Origin: a virus
Lineage: Duplodnaviria > Caudoviricetes
Reading direction: 5' to 3' (one strand)
DNA length: 57,610 bases
Virus record (IMG/VR): IMGVR_UViG_3300047560_001024
Coordinates: 1-57,610 of that record
Within the stretch, counting starts at the first letter, position 1. Each line of letters starts with the position of its first letter. The notes beneath the pieces were generated by a model. It worked only from the letters and a program-made list of their open reading frames with translations. It did no database searches and was not told the origin of the DNA. The translations under genes and the position numbers were made by a program. Shown in pieces: positions 27,187 to 36,597 of the stretch.

Positions 27187-27948
27187 ATGGCAGGCCAATC
27201 ATTAGAAGAAATTAAAGAAGAACTATTTCAAGGTTTACGCTATCGTTTAGGTGACGGTATCATTGATTTAGAAGTAGACCCTGAGCATTTTGAGGCTGCA
27301 TACAAGTATGCACTTAAAATTTATCGCCAAAGAGCGCAAAATGCTACCGAAGAATCATACACATTGATGACGTTAGATGCTCATCAAAACACCTACGTTT
27401 TACCAAACCAATTTGTGAATGTACGACAAGTGTTCCGTAGAACAGTTGGTATGGAGACTGGACCTGCAGCGTCTAGTTTCGATCCCTTTTCTAGTGCTAT
27501 TCTAAACACATATTTGTTGAATTATAACTATGCAGGTGGTTTAGCAACATATGATATGTATGCTGGATATGTTGAATTGGCTGCACGTATGTTCGGTGGA
27601 TACATCATTTACACATTCAACCCGGTATCAAAAGAATTGAAACTAGTTAGAGATATCAAAGGCTCAGGTGAGCAGATTCTTATTTGGGGTGATTTGCAAA
27701 AGTCAGAAGTAGACCTATTATTGAATCCGGGCTCAGGTGTTTGGATTGGTGATTGGATCTTAGCATCATTAAAAATGACGATAGGTGAAGCACGTGAAAA
27801 GTTCGGCACTATTGCAGGCCCAGGTGGCGGTACTAGTTTGAACGGTGCCCAAATGAAATCAGAGGGACAAGCAATGCAGACACAATTATTAGAAGACCTA
27901 AAGAATTATGTTGATTACAGTCAACCATTGACATGGATTCAAGGCTAA
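27187..27948 (+). CDS. neck protein (T4 gp13-like)
   Basis: RLGDGIIDLEV; KMTIGEAREKF..IAGPGGGTSLNG. Confidence 0.85.
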   Translation: MAGQSLEEIKEELFQGLRYRLGDGIIDLEVDPEHFEAAYKYALKIYRQRAQNATEESYTLMTLDAHQNTYVLPNQFVNVRQVFRRTVGMETGPAASSFDPFSSAILNTYLLNYNYAGGLATYDMYAGYVELAARMFGGYIIYTFNPVSKELKLVRDIKGSGEQILIWGDLQKSEVDLLLNPGSGVWIGDWILASLKMTIGEAREKFGTIAGPGGGTSLNGAQMKSEGQAMQTQLLEDLKNYVDYSQPLTWIQG

Positions 27949-27968
27949 CCTAACAGCTTTATTTATGG

Positions 27969-28003
27969 AAGCTCTTACAGTATAATAAGTACTGTAGGAG
28001 CTT
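27969..28003 (+). promoter_or_regulatory. SD-occluding hairpin containing a TATAAT box
   Basis: AAGCTCTTACAGTA/TACTGTAGGAGCTT; TATAAT 27981-27986; AGGAG in 3' arm. Confidence 0.65.
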
Positions 28004-28008
28004 TTTAC

Positions 28009-28644
28009 ATGATACTTGGTGTTACAGGATTAATTGGAAGCGGTAAAGATACTATCGCTGATTACTTGGTTACGACTCATGGATTCAAACGTATTTCGTT
28101 TGCCTCGAGTTTGAAAGATGCAGTCTCATCAGTCTTCGGATGGGACAGAGAAATGCTAGAAGGAACAACTAAAGCTAGCCGAGCATGGCGAGAAGAAGTT
28201 GATGAATGGTGGGCAGAACGATTAGCAATGCCTAACTTAACGCCCCGCTGGGTTCTCCAATATTGGGGCACAGATGTGTTAAGAAATCACTTTCACACTG
28301 ATATCTGGGTCGCCGCAGTAGAGAACAAATTGCGTCAGACTACAGACAATGTTGTTATCACTGACTGTAGGTTTAGTAATGAAGTAAGTGCTATTAAAGC
28401 AGCTGGCGGCATAACTTGTCGTGTGTTCAGGGGCGAAAACCCCGTATGGTATCAGTCAGCAGTAGACTACAATCGTGGCCCAAATGGTAACTCAGGCTGG
28501 GCAGTGGGCAAGAGGGTACTAGACAAGTACAATATTCATCCTAGCGAATATAGCTCAGTCGGATTAAAGTACGACCACTATCTACAGAATGACGGGTCTA
28601 TATTAGACCTCCATACAGAGATTGAAAAGTTAATCAACCTCTAA
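28009..28644 (+). CDS. deoxynucleoside monophosphate kinase (T4 gp1-like)
   Basis: GLIGSGKDT P-loop, LQYWGTD, ITDCRFSNE, HPSE. Confidence 0.92.
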   Translation: MILGVTGLIGSGKDTIADYLVTTHGFKRISFASSLKDAVSSVFGWDREMLEGTTKASRAWREEVDEWWAERLAMPNLTPRWVLQYWGTDVLRNHFHTDIWVAAVENKLRQTTDNVVITDCRFSNEVSAIKAAGGITCRVFRGENPVWYQSAVDYNRGPNGNSGWAVGKRVLDKYNIHPSEYSSVGLKYDHYLQNDGSILDLHTEIEKLINL

Positions 28645-28971
28645 ATCACCCCGACGCCAGTTAACTTCTTTCTTCTTCACAACCTCAACACAATTGAGAC
28701 AGATAGAGCGTAGATTAGTTAGCTGGGTGTTCTCTAAGTCCCCGTCAATGTGAAACACAGTCATTTGACTAGAGAACAAACTCTTAAAGCCACATAAGTC
28801 ACATGTGGCTTTTTTCTTGTAGCCTGATTTATGCCATGATGGTTTTCTGGGCTTCTCTTTGTGCTTCTTCCTCCCACACTCATCACACATACTGCGATAG
28901 TGTGTCACCCCGTTCTTGACATAGTTCACTGCACACGGATTCTTGTTGCAGTGCTTACATATTGGTCTCAT
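28630..28971 (-). CDS. zinc-binding HNH-like protein
   Basis: four CxxC pairs; FHIDGDLENTQLTNLRSICLNC; TAAATA 4 nt before ATG 28971. Confidence 0.75.
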   Translation of the reverse strand: MRPICKHCNKNPCAVNYVKNGVTHYRSMCDECGRKKHKEKPRKPSWHKSGYKKKATCDLCGFKSLFSSQMTVFHIDGDLENTQLTNLRSICLNCVEVVKKKEVNWRRGDLEVD

Positions 28972-29094
28972 ACTGTATTTAATCAAAAACAGCCTTCGAA
29001 GGTACGGTTATTGGGTGTTTTTATAAATTTTCGCTAAATATAATTACGAACTAGGGCGTTAACCCTCACAATCATAACATAAAGGAAATTTAAC

Positions 29095-32000
29095 ATGGCA
29101 TTAGTATCACCAGGTATTGAAGTTAATATCATTGACCAAAGTCAATATTTACCTTCAGCCTCAAATTCAGTTCCACTAGTTGTATTAGCGACAGCACAAA
29201 ACAAAGCTAATCCTTCGGGAACAGGTGTAGCAACAGCTACTACCGCAGTAAATGCAAACAAACTATATCAAGTAACTAGCCAACGTGATTTGGTAACATT
29301 ATTTGGTAACCCATTCTTCTACAAGACAACTAACGGTACTCCAATTCATGGTTACGAGTTGAACGAATACGGTCTAATGGCTGCGTATTCTTTGTTGGGT
29401 ACGACAAACAGTTGCTACGTTCTACGTGCAGACGTTGACTTGGCAAGTTTAGTAGGTAAAGTAAGTCGTCCAGTTGGTGAGCCAGCAGACGGTACTTACT
29501 GGTTAGACACATCTAACAGTTCATGGGGCATCTATGAATTCAACGCTACTACAGGTAAATTCACAGGAAAGACTCCTATCGTTATCACTAAGGATACTGA
29601 CATCGACGGTTTAATGCCAGCAGATAGTATCGGTAACAAAGGTGACTATGCTGTTATCCCAACTGCAATCACAGAAACTCCATTAGAAAAATCAACATTC
29701 TTCTTTAAGAACAAGTTCAACCGTTGGGTTGCATTAGGTTCTACTGAGTGGAAAGATATCGTTCCTACAGTGGTTGCAACACAATCACCAACAACATTGA
29801 CAGCTGGCGACATGTTCACTATCAACGTTTCTGGTCAATTTACTCGTGAAATCACAGTCCCAGCAAGCCCAAACAACACTGTTGACGGCATCGTATCAAT
29901 CATCAATGATGATTTGAAGATTGGTGACTTACGTGCTGAGAACATCGGTGGCGTATTGACATTCTATTACAAGCAATATGGTGCTAACAAGTACCTAACA
30001 TTTGCATCTAGTGATGATGTTTTAAGTGCATTGGGTATTCCAGAAGCAACATACTATGCACCAGAAGTTACATTCGGTACTTCTGCTCAAATGCCATTAT
30101 GGACAGCAAGTCAAGCTAAGCCTCACCCAACAGGTTCTGTATGGGTTAAGACTAGCCTTGCAGGTTCAGGTTTTGACATTGCATTGGCAAAATTCTCAGC
30201 TACATCTGGTGCTTGGGTAAACAAGACAGTTAACGTTTATTTCAGTGACGTTGCTGCTTCTACATACCTAGATGCATCTGGTGGTAAAGCAATTCCAGCA
30301 GGAACAATCTATGCTACAGTAAACTCACGTGGTATCAACCCTGAGTCAGCTTTAGTTCTAAATGAAAGAATCGCTACTGGTCCTACAGTAGTTACTGGTT
30401 CTATCACTGATCCATCATATCAATCAGGTCTATCGTTGACTGTTGGTATCACTATCCCAGGATCAACTACTACTAACACATATACATTTGTTACTCAAGG
30501 CACAACTGCTGCTAGTTTCGTAACTGACTGGTCAGCTGCTGGTATTCCTTACACAACTGCTGTTGTTACAGACGCGGGTGCAGTTCAATTGACTCACACA
30601 TTAGGTGGTGAAATCTTCTTGAACGACCGTGATGAATCAAATACCCCTACTGGTCTAGTTCAAGCATTGGGCTTTATCGCCGGTACAACACTAGGTGTTA
30701 AGAAAGGTATCAACTCACTATTCACTGCTACTGGTTTAGTGCAAAGTGATGTAGAACATGCTGATGGTTCTCCATCAACAGCTTCTGGTGCAACATTCAG
30801 TGTATCAGTTTCTGGTAACGAGTACATTGTTAACTCTGGTTCAGGTGGTGCAAACTATGCAGTAGGTGATATCATCACTATCGCAGGTGAAAACTTCGGT
30901 GGCACAAGCCCAACAAACGATGTTAAACTATCTGTCCAAGCTATCAGTGGTTCTGGCACAGGTCCAATATCAAGAGTTAGTTTGTTTTCAGGTATCGTAA
31001 GCGAAACATCAGTATACACAGTTCAATTAAGTAACTGGGAAATTATTGATTATGTTCCTAGCTCAAGTGCTCCGGCTACTAACCCAGTAGCAGACACACG
31101 TTGGTTCTACAGTGTTATCGACCAAGTTGATATCATGGTAAACAAGGGTGGCGTATGGAAAGGTTATCGTACAGTAGCATTCGACTCAAATGGTCATCCA
31201 GCAAGCGCAGGTGTTCCATCAACAGACCCAACAGGTCCAATCATCAGTGCAAGCACACCAACAACTCAAGTTGACGGTTCTCCATTGTCTTATGGTGATT
31301 TATGGGTTGATACAAGCGACTTAGAGAACTATCCTAAGATTAGTCGTTGGGAACAAGTTGAAGCTGTGGATCAATGGGTATTGATTGACAATACAGACCA
31401 AACATCTTCAAGCGGTATCTTGTTTGCTGACGCTCGTTGGGGTACAGGTTCTAACATTGACCCTGTTTCAGATGAAATCCCATCAATCCCTAGCTTGTTA
31501 GTAAACAGCTATTTGGACTTAGATGCTCCATTAGCAACTGCTTACCCACAAGGTATGTTGTTGTTTAACACACGCCGTTCAGGTTACAACGTTAAACAAT
31601 TCAAGGCTAACTATTTCAATGGTTTAGACTTTGCAGGTCAATCTCTACCATCAGTTCCATATACATGGGTTTCTGAATCTGGTTTGAAGTCAAACGGCGC
31701 AGCTTATATGGGTCGTAAGGCACAACGTGCTCTAGTTGTAAAAGCATTGAAAGAAGCAGTAGCAACTAACATGAGTATCCGTGAAGAAGATACATTCTTC
31801 AACTTGATTGCAACTCCAGGATATCCTGAATTGCAACCAGATATGATTACGTTGAACAATGACCGCAACAACACAGCGTTCATCGTTGGTGATACACCAT
31901 TACGTTTACCAGACCAAGCAACAGACTTGACAAACTGGGCTAACAACGTTAACGGTGCAACAGCAACTGGTGAAGACGGTTGGGTTACACGTGACACTTA

Positions 32001-32649
32001 CTTGGGTGTATTCTATCCAAGCGGTATCACAACAGATTTGACAGGTACAGAGATTGTTGTTCCAGCATCACATATGATGTTGCGTACATTCTTGCGTAAC
32101 GACCAAATCGCTTATCCTTGGTTAGCGGCAGCTGGTACACGCCGTGGTAATATTGACAATGCTACAAACATTGGTTATATCAATAGCACAACAGGTGAGT
32201 TCCAGACAATTAAGAATCGTATGTCAATTCGTGACGTATTGTATTCACACCAAATCAACCCACTAGCATTCTTCACTGGAATCGGTTTGTTGAACTATGG
32301 TAACAAGACAAGTTATGATTCACAATCTTCATTGGATCGTGTAAACGTTGCTCGTCTAGTCTGCTACATCCGTGAGCGTCTACAAGTCGCGGCTCGTCCG
32401 TTCGTATTCGAACCAAACGACAACTTAACACGTGCTCAATTGACAGGTGTTGTACAATCATTGTTTATTGACTTGGTCTCTAAGCGTGGTTTGTATGACT
32501 ATCTAGTTGTATGTGACACAAGCAATAACACTCCTGCTCGTATCGATAGAAACGAACTTTGGATTGATATCGCTATCGAGCCTGTGAAGGCAGCTGAATT
32601 TATCTACATCCCAGTTCGCTTGATGAACACAGGGGCATTGTCAGCTTAA
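29095..32649 (+). CDS. contractile tail sheath protein (gp18-like), enlarged
   Basis: MALVSPGIEV; PWLAAAGTRRG; INP; GNKT; LDRVNVARL; FEPND; IEPVKAAEFIYI. Confidence 0.95.
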   Translation: MALVSPGIEVNIIDQSQYLPSASNSVPLVVLATAQNKANPSGTGVATATTAVNANKLYQVTSQRDLVTLFGNPFFYKTTNGTPIHGYELNEYGLMAAYSLLGTTNSCYVLRADVDLASLVGKVSRPVGEPADGTYWLDTSNSSWGIYEFNATTGKFTGKTPIVITKDTDIDGLMPADSIGNKGDYAVIPTAITETPLEKSTFFFKNKFNRWVALGSTEWKDIVPTVVATQSPTTLTAGDMFTINVSGQFTREITVPASPNNTVDGIVSIINDDLKIGDLRAENIGGVLTFYYKQYGANKYLTFASSDDVLSALGIPEATYYAPEVTFGTSAQMPLWTASQAKPHPTGSVWVKTSLAGSGFDIALAKFSATSGAWVNKTVNVYFSDVAASTYLDASGGKAIPAGTIYATVNSRGINPESALVLNERIATGPTVVTGSITDPSYQSGLSLTVGITIPGSTTTNTYTFVTQGTTAASFVTDWSAAGIPYTTAVVTDAGAVQLTHTLGGEIFLNDRDESNTPTGLVQALGFIAGTTLGVKKGINSLFTATGLVQSDVEHADGSPSTASGATFSVSVSGNEYIVNSGSGGANYAVGDIITIAGENFGGTSPTNDVKLSVQAISGSGTGPISRVSLFSGIVSETSVYTVQLSNWEIIDYVPSSSAPATNPVADTRWFYSVIDQVDIMVNKGGVWKGYRTVAFDSNGHPASAGVPSTDPTGPIISASTPTTQVDGSPLSYGDLWVDTSDLENYPKISRWEQVEAVDQWVLIDNTDQTSSSGILFADARWGTGSNIDPVSDEIPSIPSLLVNSYLDLDAPLATAYPQGMLLFNTRRSGYNVKQFKANYFNGLDFAGQSLPSVPYTWVSESGLKSNGAAYMGRKAQRALVVKALKEAVATNMSIREEDTFFNLIATPGYPELQPDMITLNNDRNNTAFIVGDTPLRLPDQATDLTNWANNVNGATATGEDGWVTRDTYLGVFYPSGITTDLTGTEIVVPASHMMLRTFLRNDQIAYPWLAAAGTRRGNIDNATNIGYINSTTGEFQTIKNRMSIRDVLYSHQINPLAFFTGIGLLNYGNKTSYDSQSSLDRVNVARLVCYIRERLQVAARPFVFEPNDNLTRAQLTGVVQSLFIDLVSKRGLYDYLVVCDTSNNTPARIDRNELWIDIAIEPVKAAEFIYIPVRLMNTGALSA

Positions 32650-32651
32650 TG

Positions 32652-32680
32652 AATAGTCCCCCGGAGACGGGGGATTATTT
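32652..32680 (+). terminator. stem-loop/terminator after sheath gene
   Basis: AATAGTCCCCCG-GAGA-CGGGGGATTATTT; new GATAAATA at 32683. Confidence 0.75.
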
Positions 32681-32709
32681 AAGATAAATATTATTAAGGA
32701 GATACAAAA

Positions 32710-33339
32710 ATGGCAATAGCCTCACAATCACTGTTTAATATGACTGTAGGATCAGACAATACACCTAGTTCGCAAGGTCTATTGATGCCTAAGTTACAAT
32801 TCCGTTTCAGAGCTTTGTTCTTGAACTTCGGCGTTGGCGGTGCTACACAAGAGTTGACAAAGCAAGTCGTTGACATTGCTCGTCCTAACGTTTCTTTCAC
32901 TGAAATTCCAATCGATATCTATAACAGCAAGATTTATCTAGCTGGTAAGCACGAGTGGCAAACAACAACTGTCAACTTACGTGACGATGCCGCTGGTAAC
33001 GTTTCTAAGTTAGTTGGTGAACAACTACAGAAACAAATGGACTTTGTTGAACAAGCATCTGCTGCTACCGGTCAAGACTACAAGTTCCAAATCAACTATG
33101 AAGTTCTTGATGGTGGTAACGGTACATTAACACCTAACGTATTAGAAACATGGGAATTGTATGGTTGCTTCATCCAAGCAGCTAACTACAACAACATGAA
33201 CTACGGAACAAACGAAGCGGCAACAATCAGCTTGACAATTCGTTTTGATAACGCTGTTCAATCACCATTGGCTTCTGGTCTAGGTACAAGTGTTGGTCGT
33301 GCATTCGGCGGCACAGCAGTTACTGGTATCGGTCGCTAA
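32710..33339 (+). CDS. tail tube protein (gp19-like)
   Basis: follows sheath; PKLQFRFR, ARPNVSF, YLAGKHEW, WELYGCF, LTIRFD. Confidence 0.9.
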   Translation: MAIASQSLFNMTVGSDNTPSSQGLLMPKLQFRFRALFLNFGVGGATQELTKQVVDIARPNVSFTEIPIDIYNSKIYLAGKHEWQTTTVNLRDDAAGNVSKLVGEQLQKQMDFVEQASAATGQDYKFQINYEVLDGGNGTLTPNVLETWELYGCFIQAANYNNMNYGTNEAATISLTIRFDNAVQSPLASGLGTSVGRAFGGTAVTGIGR

Positions 33340-33346
33340 TTAAAAG

Positions 33347-34426
33347 ATGGGATTTTTTCAAGACCAACTTAAAGCTGCTGGAGACTCGTTCTTCAGCAGT
33401 GAATACCTTCGTGATTATCAACACGCAAGTAAGACGTTTCAGACTAACGGGTATGCATATGCCCCTAAGTTTAAGTTCTTATTTCACGTATACTTTGATA
33501 TAAACAAAACTGGTATAGGTCAGTTTGGAAACTTCCCAGCTGATAGTAATTTTGGGTTAGCTGTAAAATCAATACAGCTACCTAAGTTCAATATTGACAC
33601 ACACGTTTTGAATCAATACAATCGTAAACGTATTGTTCAATCAAAGATTAAATATGATCCAGTTAATATTACGTTCCATGACGATAACAATAACTTGATT
33701 AGAAAATTATGGTACGCATACTACACGTACTATTACAAAGATTCCACTCACCCAGATCCTAACGCACCATTGAATGGTCCTCCCAAACCTGGAGCAGGTA
33801 ACACTCCGTCAGCGATGGATAGAAACATTTACACACCTAGTATAGCAGGTAACGATGACTGGGGTTACGTCGGTGAGACTGCTGGAACACAATCATTAAC
33901 TGGCGGTGATACTAAAGCTCCATTCTTTAATGCTATCAACATCTATGGTTTCAACCAACATAATTTTGCATTGTACAGATTGATGAACCCTATCATTGAA
34001 AGTTTTGGTCACGATACTTATAACTATTCTGACGCTAGTTCAACGATGGAAAATCAAATGACTTTACAGTTTGAAACAGTTAAGTACTTTGAAGGTGCAT
34101 TGAATGGTAAGAATCCTGGACAACTGGTTAAAGAATTCGGCGATGCATCACATTATGATACTATGTTAAGTCCTATCGCTCGTCCTGGAAGTCAAGCAAC
34201 TATCATGGGTCCTGGCGGTTTAGTAGATGCAGGAGAAGGCATCTTAGATGACTTAGCTAGTGGCAATTGGCTTGGTGCTATTCAGAAAGCTGGAACTACT
34301 GTTAAGACGTTCAAGGGCAAAGACTTAGTTGCAATGGGTAAGCAAGAAGCCATTAATGCTGCTAGAAATACAGCACAGAACACACCCAATCGAAACGTAT
34401 ACAATTTCCCATCGGGTAAATTGTAA
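33347..34426 (+). CDS. tube-like baseplate protein (gp48/gp54-like)
   Basis: tube-fold motifs PKFKFLFHV, VKSIQLPKF, NQYNRKR, YDPVNITFHDD, LQFE. Confidence 0.7.
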   Translation: MGFFQDQLKAAGDSFFSSEYLRDYQHASKTFQTNGYAYAPKFKFLFHVYFDINKTGIGQFGNFPADSNFGLAVKSIQLPKFNIDTHVLNQYNRKRIVQSKIKYDPVNITFHDDNNNLIRKLWYAYYTYYYKDSTHPDPNAPLNGPPKPGAGNTPSAMDRNIYTPSIAGNDDWGYVGETAGTQSLTGGDTKAPFFNAINIYGFNQHNFALYRLMNPIIESFGHDTYNYSDASSTMENQMTLQFETVKYFEGALNGKNPGQLVKEFGDASHYDTMLSPIARPGSQATIMGPGGLVDAGEGILDDLASGNWLGAIQKAGTTVKTFKGKDLVAMGKQEAINAARNTAQNTPNRNVYNFPSGKL

Positions 34427-34444
34427 TAAACTATAAATAGTATT

Positions 34445-34807
34445 ATGGCAAATACTATTGACGCACCCAGCTCCACATTAGACGCTTCTGTTAGAGTCTT
34501 TGATAAGTTTTATGACTTTGATATGGTTGTTAACGGCAGTGAGTATGATATCGTCTATTCATACTTTTACTCTGTTTCTAAAAGCACCGACGTTGCTAAG
34601 AATTTCACAGTTATGGTGTTTAGAATCGCATCAATAACTAGCACATACTCACTTGAAATTTTAGATTATGTCAAAGGTTCATCAAAGAATGAAGTAAACG
34701 CTTTGATGGCATACTACTTGAATGGTTTAAAGTCTAAAACTACACTCTACGGTGTAAGCGTCATTCCACAACCCAATCAAAACGTTCAACGCAACGTAGT
34801 AATATAA
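34445..34807 (+). CDS. hypothetical late protein
   Basis: TATAAATA at 34432-34439, 5 nt before ATG. Confidence 0.75.
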   Translation: MANTIDAPSSTLDASVRVFDKFYDFDMVVNGSEYDIVYSYFYSVSKSTDVAKNFTVMVFRIASITSTYSLEILDYVKGSSKNEVNALMAYYLNGLKSKTTLYGVSVIPQPNQNVQRNVVI

Positions 34808-35244
34808 TGTCTAAATGGGCACAAGGTATATTCGTTCCCAAGAACGCTGAAAAATACATTGGCAATCACAAACCAAAATATCGTTCTGGTTGGGAACTAA
34901 CATTCATGCAATTTTGTGACACCAATAACAATGTGTTGAAATGGGCTAGTGAAGCTATAAAGATTCCATATAGGAGCCCGCTAGACGGGAAGATGCATAC
35001 ATACATCCCTGACTTCTTTGTAGTTTATCAAAACAAACACGGTAAGCAACTTGCTGAAATCGTTGAAATAAAACCAAAGAAACAAAGTTTAATTGAAAGC
35101 AAAGTCGCAAGTGCAAGAGATAGAGTAGTAGTTGCAGTCAACCATGCTAAGTGGCAGGCAGCTATGGCATATTGTAAACATGCTGGGTTTACGTTCAGAG
35201 TCATCACAGAGGATGACCTTTTTCATAACGGTAGACGCAAGTAA
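34807..35244 (+). CDS. head completion nuclease (T4 gp4-like)
   Basis: PKNAEKYIG, YRSGWE, WASE..KIPY, YIPDF, EIKP, NHAKWQAA, ITEDDL. Confidence 0.92.
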   Translation: MSKWAQGIFVPKNAEKYIGNHKPKYRSGWELTFMQFCDTNNNVLKWASEAIKIPYRSPLDGKMHTYIPDFFVVYQNKHGKQLAEIVEIKPKKQSLIESKVASARDRVVVAVNHAKWQAAMAYCKHAGFTFRVITEDDLFHNGRRK

Positions 35245-35271
35245 TAAATACTACTATTATAGGATAGTAGA

Positions 35272-35751
35272 ATGACAAAAAAACTTAGTGAATTATTTGA
35301 ATTGCCTGAAGACGATTCTACCAATGCACAAGAATTCCAAGAACATGCACTAGAAGTAACAGAAGATGCAGCCGATGCATTGGATAAGATTGAAGCTGCA
35401 TTGCCTCAAGTACGAGGCCTAGAAGCAAGTGACGGTGAGATGGATGAACTAGCTGAGTTAGCAACATCTAGCTATAAAGACTTGATGGACTTGGGTATGC
35501 AAGTTGATAGCCGCTTTGCTAGTGAGATTTTCAATAGTGCAAGTTCGTTTTTGGGACATGCTATCACATCAAAGACGGCTAAAATCAATAAGAAGCTCAA
35601 AATGCTTGACTTACAGATGAAGAAAGCCGCTTTAGACCAGAAGAATCAAGCAAAAACAGAAGAAATCGACAACACTCCAATCGGCGAGGGCAGTCTAGTA
35701 GATAGAAACGAACTTCTCAAGCAGATCCTGGCAAACAAAAAAACAAATTAA
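35272..35751 (+). CDS. putative terminase small subunit-like helical protein
   Basis: 159 aa, two long helices, terminal DRNELLKQIL; late promoter 35243-35250; function is inference. Confidence 0.45.
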   Translation: MTKKLSELFELPEDDSTNAQEFQEHALEVTEDAADALDKIEAALPQVRGLEASDGEMDELAELATSSYKDLMDLGMQVDSRFASEIFNSASSFLGHAITSKTAKINKKLKMLDLQMKKAALDQKNQAKTEEIDNTPIGEGSLVDRNELLKQILANKKTN

Positions 35752-35779
35752 GAATAAATAATATAATAGGAATAACAAA

Positions 35780-36382
35780 ATGAAAAGCCTTCGTCATTAT
35801 CTCATGGAAAGTGTACACACATACAAGTACACAATTAAAATCGCCGGTGATGTGGACAGCAAGTTCATCACCTTGTTTAAGACTAACTTAAGCAAGTTTG
35901 ACCCAGTCAAAATTGAAGAACCAAAGACTACACCTATTCAGAAGAACCCAGTGGGTTTCCCTGATGTAGAGAACGAGTCAGTCACAATCATCAAAGCAGA
36001 ATTCAAGTATCCAGCTACTGAACCAATGATTCAGCAAGTTGCTCAGATGCTAGGCAAACAAGTCAATATGGTTCGTGTAACAACAACTGATTTTGACGAT
36101 AGCATAAATGCTGATAACGGCAGGTATGCAAATGATAGAGATGAAGCATTGTTGCTACAACCTGAACTTCCAGATGATGGTAAAGAAGCAAGCAAAGATT
36201 ACGCAAATCAATACTTAGACAAAGTTGTTCCTAAGAAACCAAGTATTGATATCCCTTACGCAGGTAAAGAAACCCCAACAGCACCTAACAAGAGTAAAGA
36301 AGGCATTCAAACTAAGAGCCCTATGAGCACTGTTAAGCGTCCTGAGTTACCAACAACCGGCGGCAAAGGATTCAGCAAATGA
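35780..36382 (+). CDS. hypothetical late protein (possible head-internal)
   Basis: AATAAATA 35753; MKSLRHYLMES N-terminus. Confidence 0.75.
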   Translation: MKSLRHYLMESVHTYKYTIKIAGDVDSKFITLFKTNLSKFDPVKIEEPKTTPIQKNPVGFPDVENESVTIIKAEFKYPATEPMIQQVAQMLGKQVNMVRVTTTDFDDSINADNGRYANDRDEALLLQPELPDDGKEASKDYANQYLDKVVPKKPSIDIPYAGKETPTAPNKSKEGIQTKSPMSTVKRPELPTTGGKGFSK

Positions 36383-36597
36383 TTGACTTTACAGCTAAAC
36401 AACTTAGCTGGATAGTTATCAGTGCATGTGGCATTGGTGGAACTGGCTATTTGACAATGGATAGTAAGATTAAAGAAGTCGATAACAAATTAACTGTTAA
36501 CGCAGTTCGCCAAGAAGCGATGAACGACAAAATTGCTGAAGTTGCAAAACAACTCAGTAGAATAGAAGATAAATTAGATAAACGAGGATCACGATAA
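36379..36597 (+). CDS. small membrane-anchored coiled-coil protein
   Basis: hydrophobic LSWIVISACGIGGTGYL then heptads to LSRIEDKLD. Confidence 0.7.
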   Translation: MIDFTAKQLSWIVISACGIGGTGYLTMDSKIKEVDNKLTVNAVRQEAMNDKIAEVAKQLSRIEDKLDKRGSR

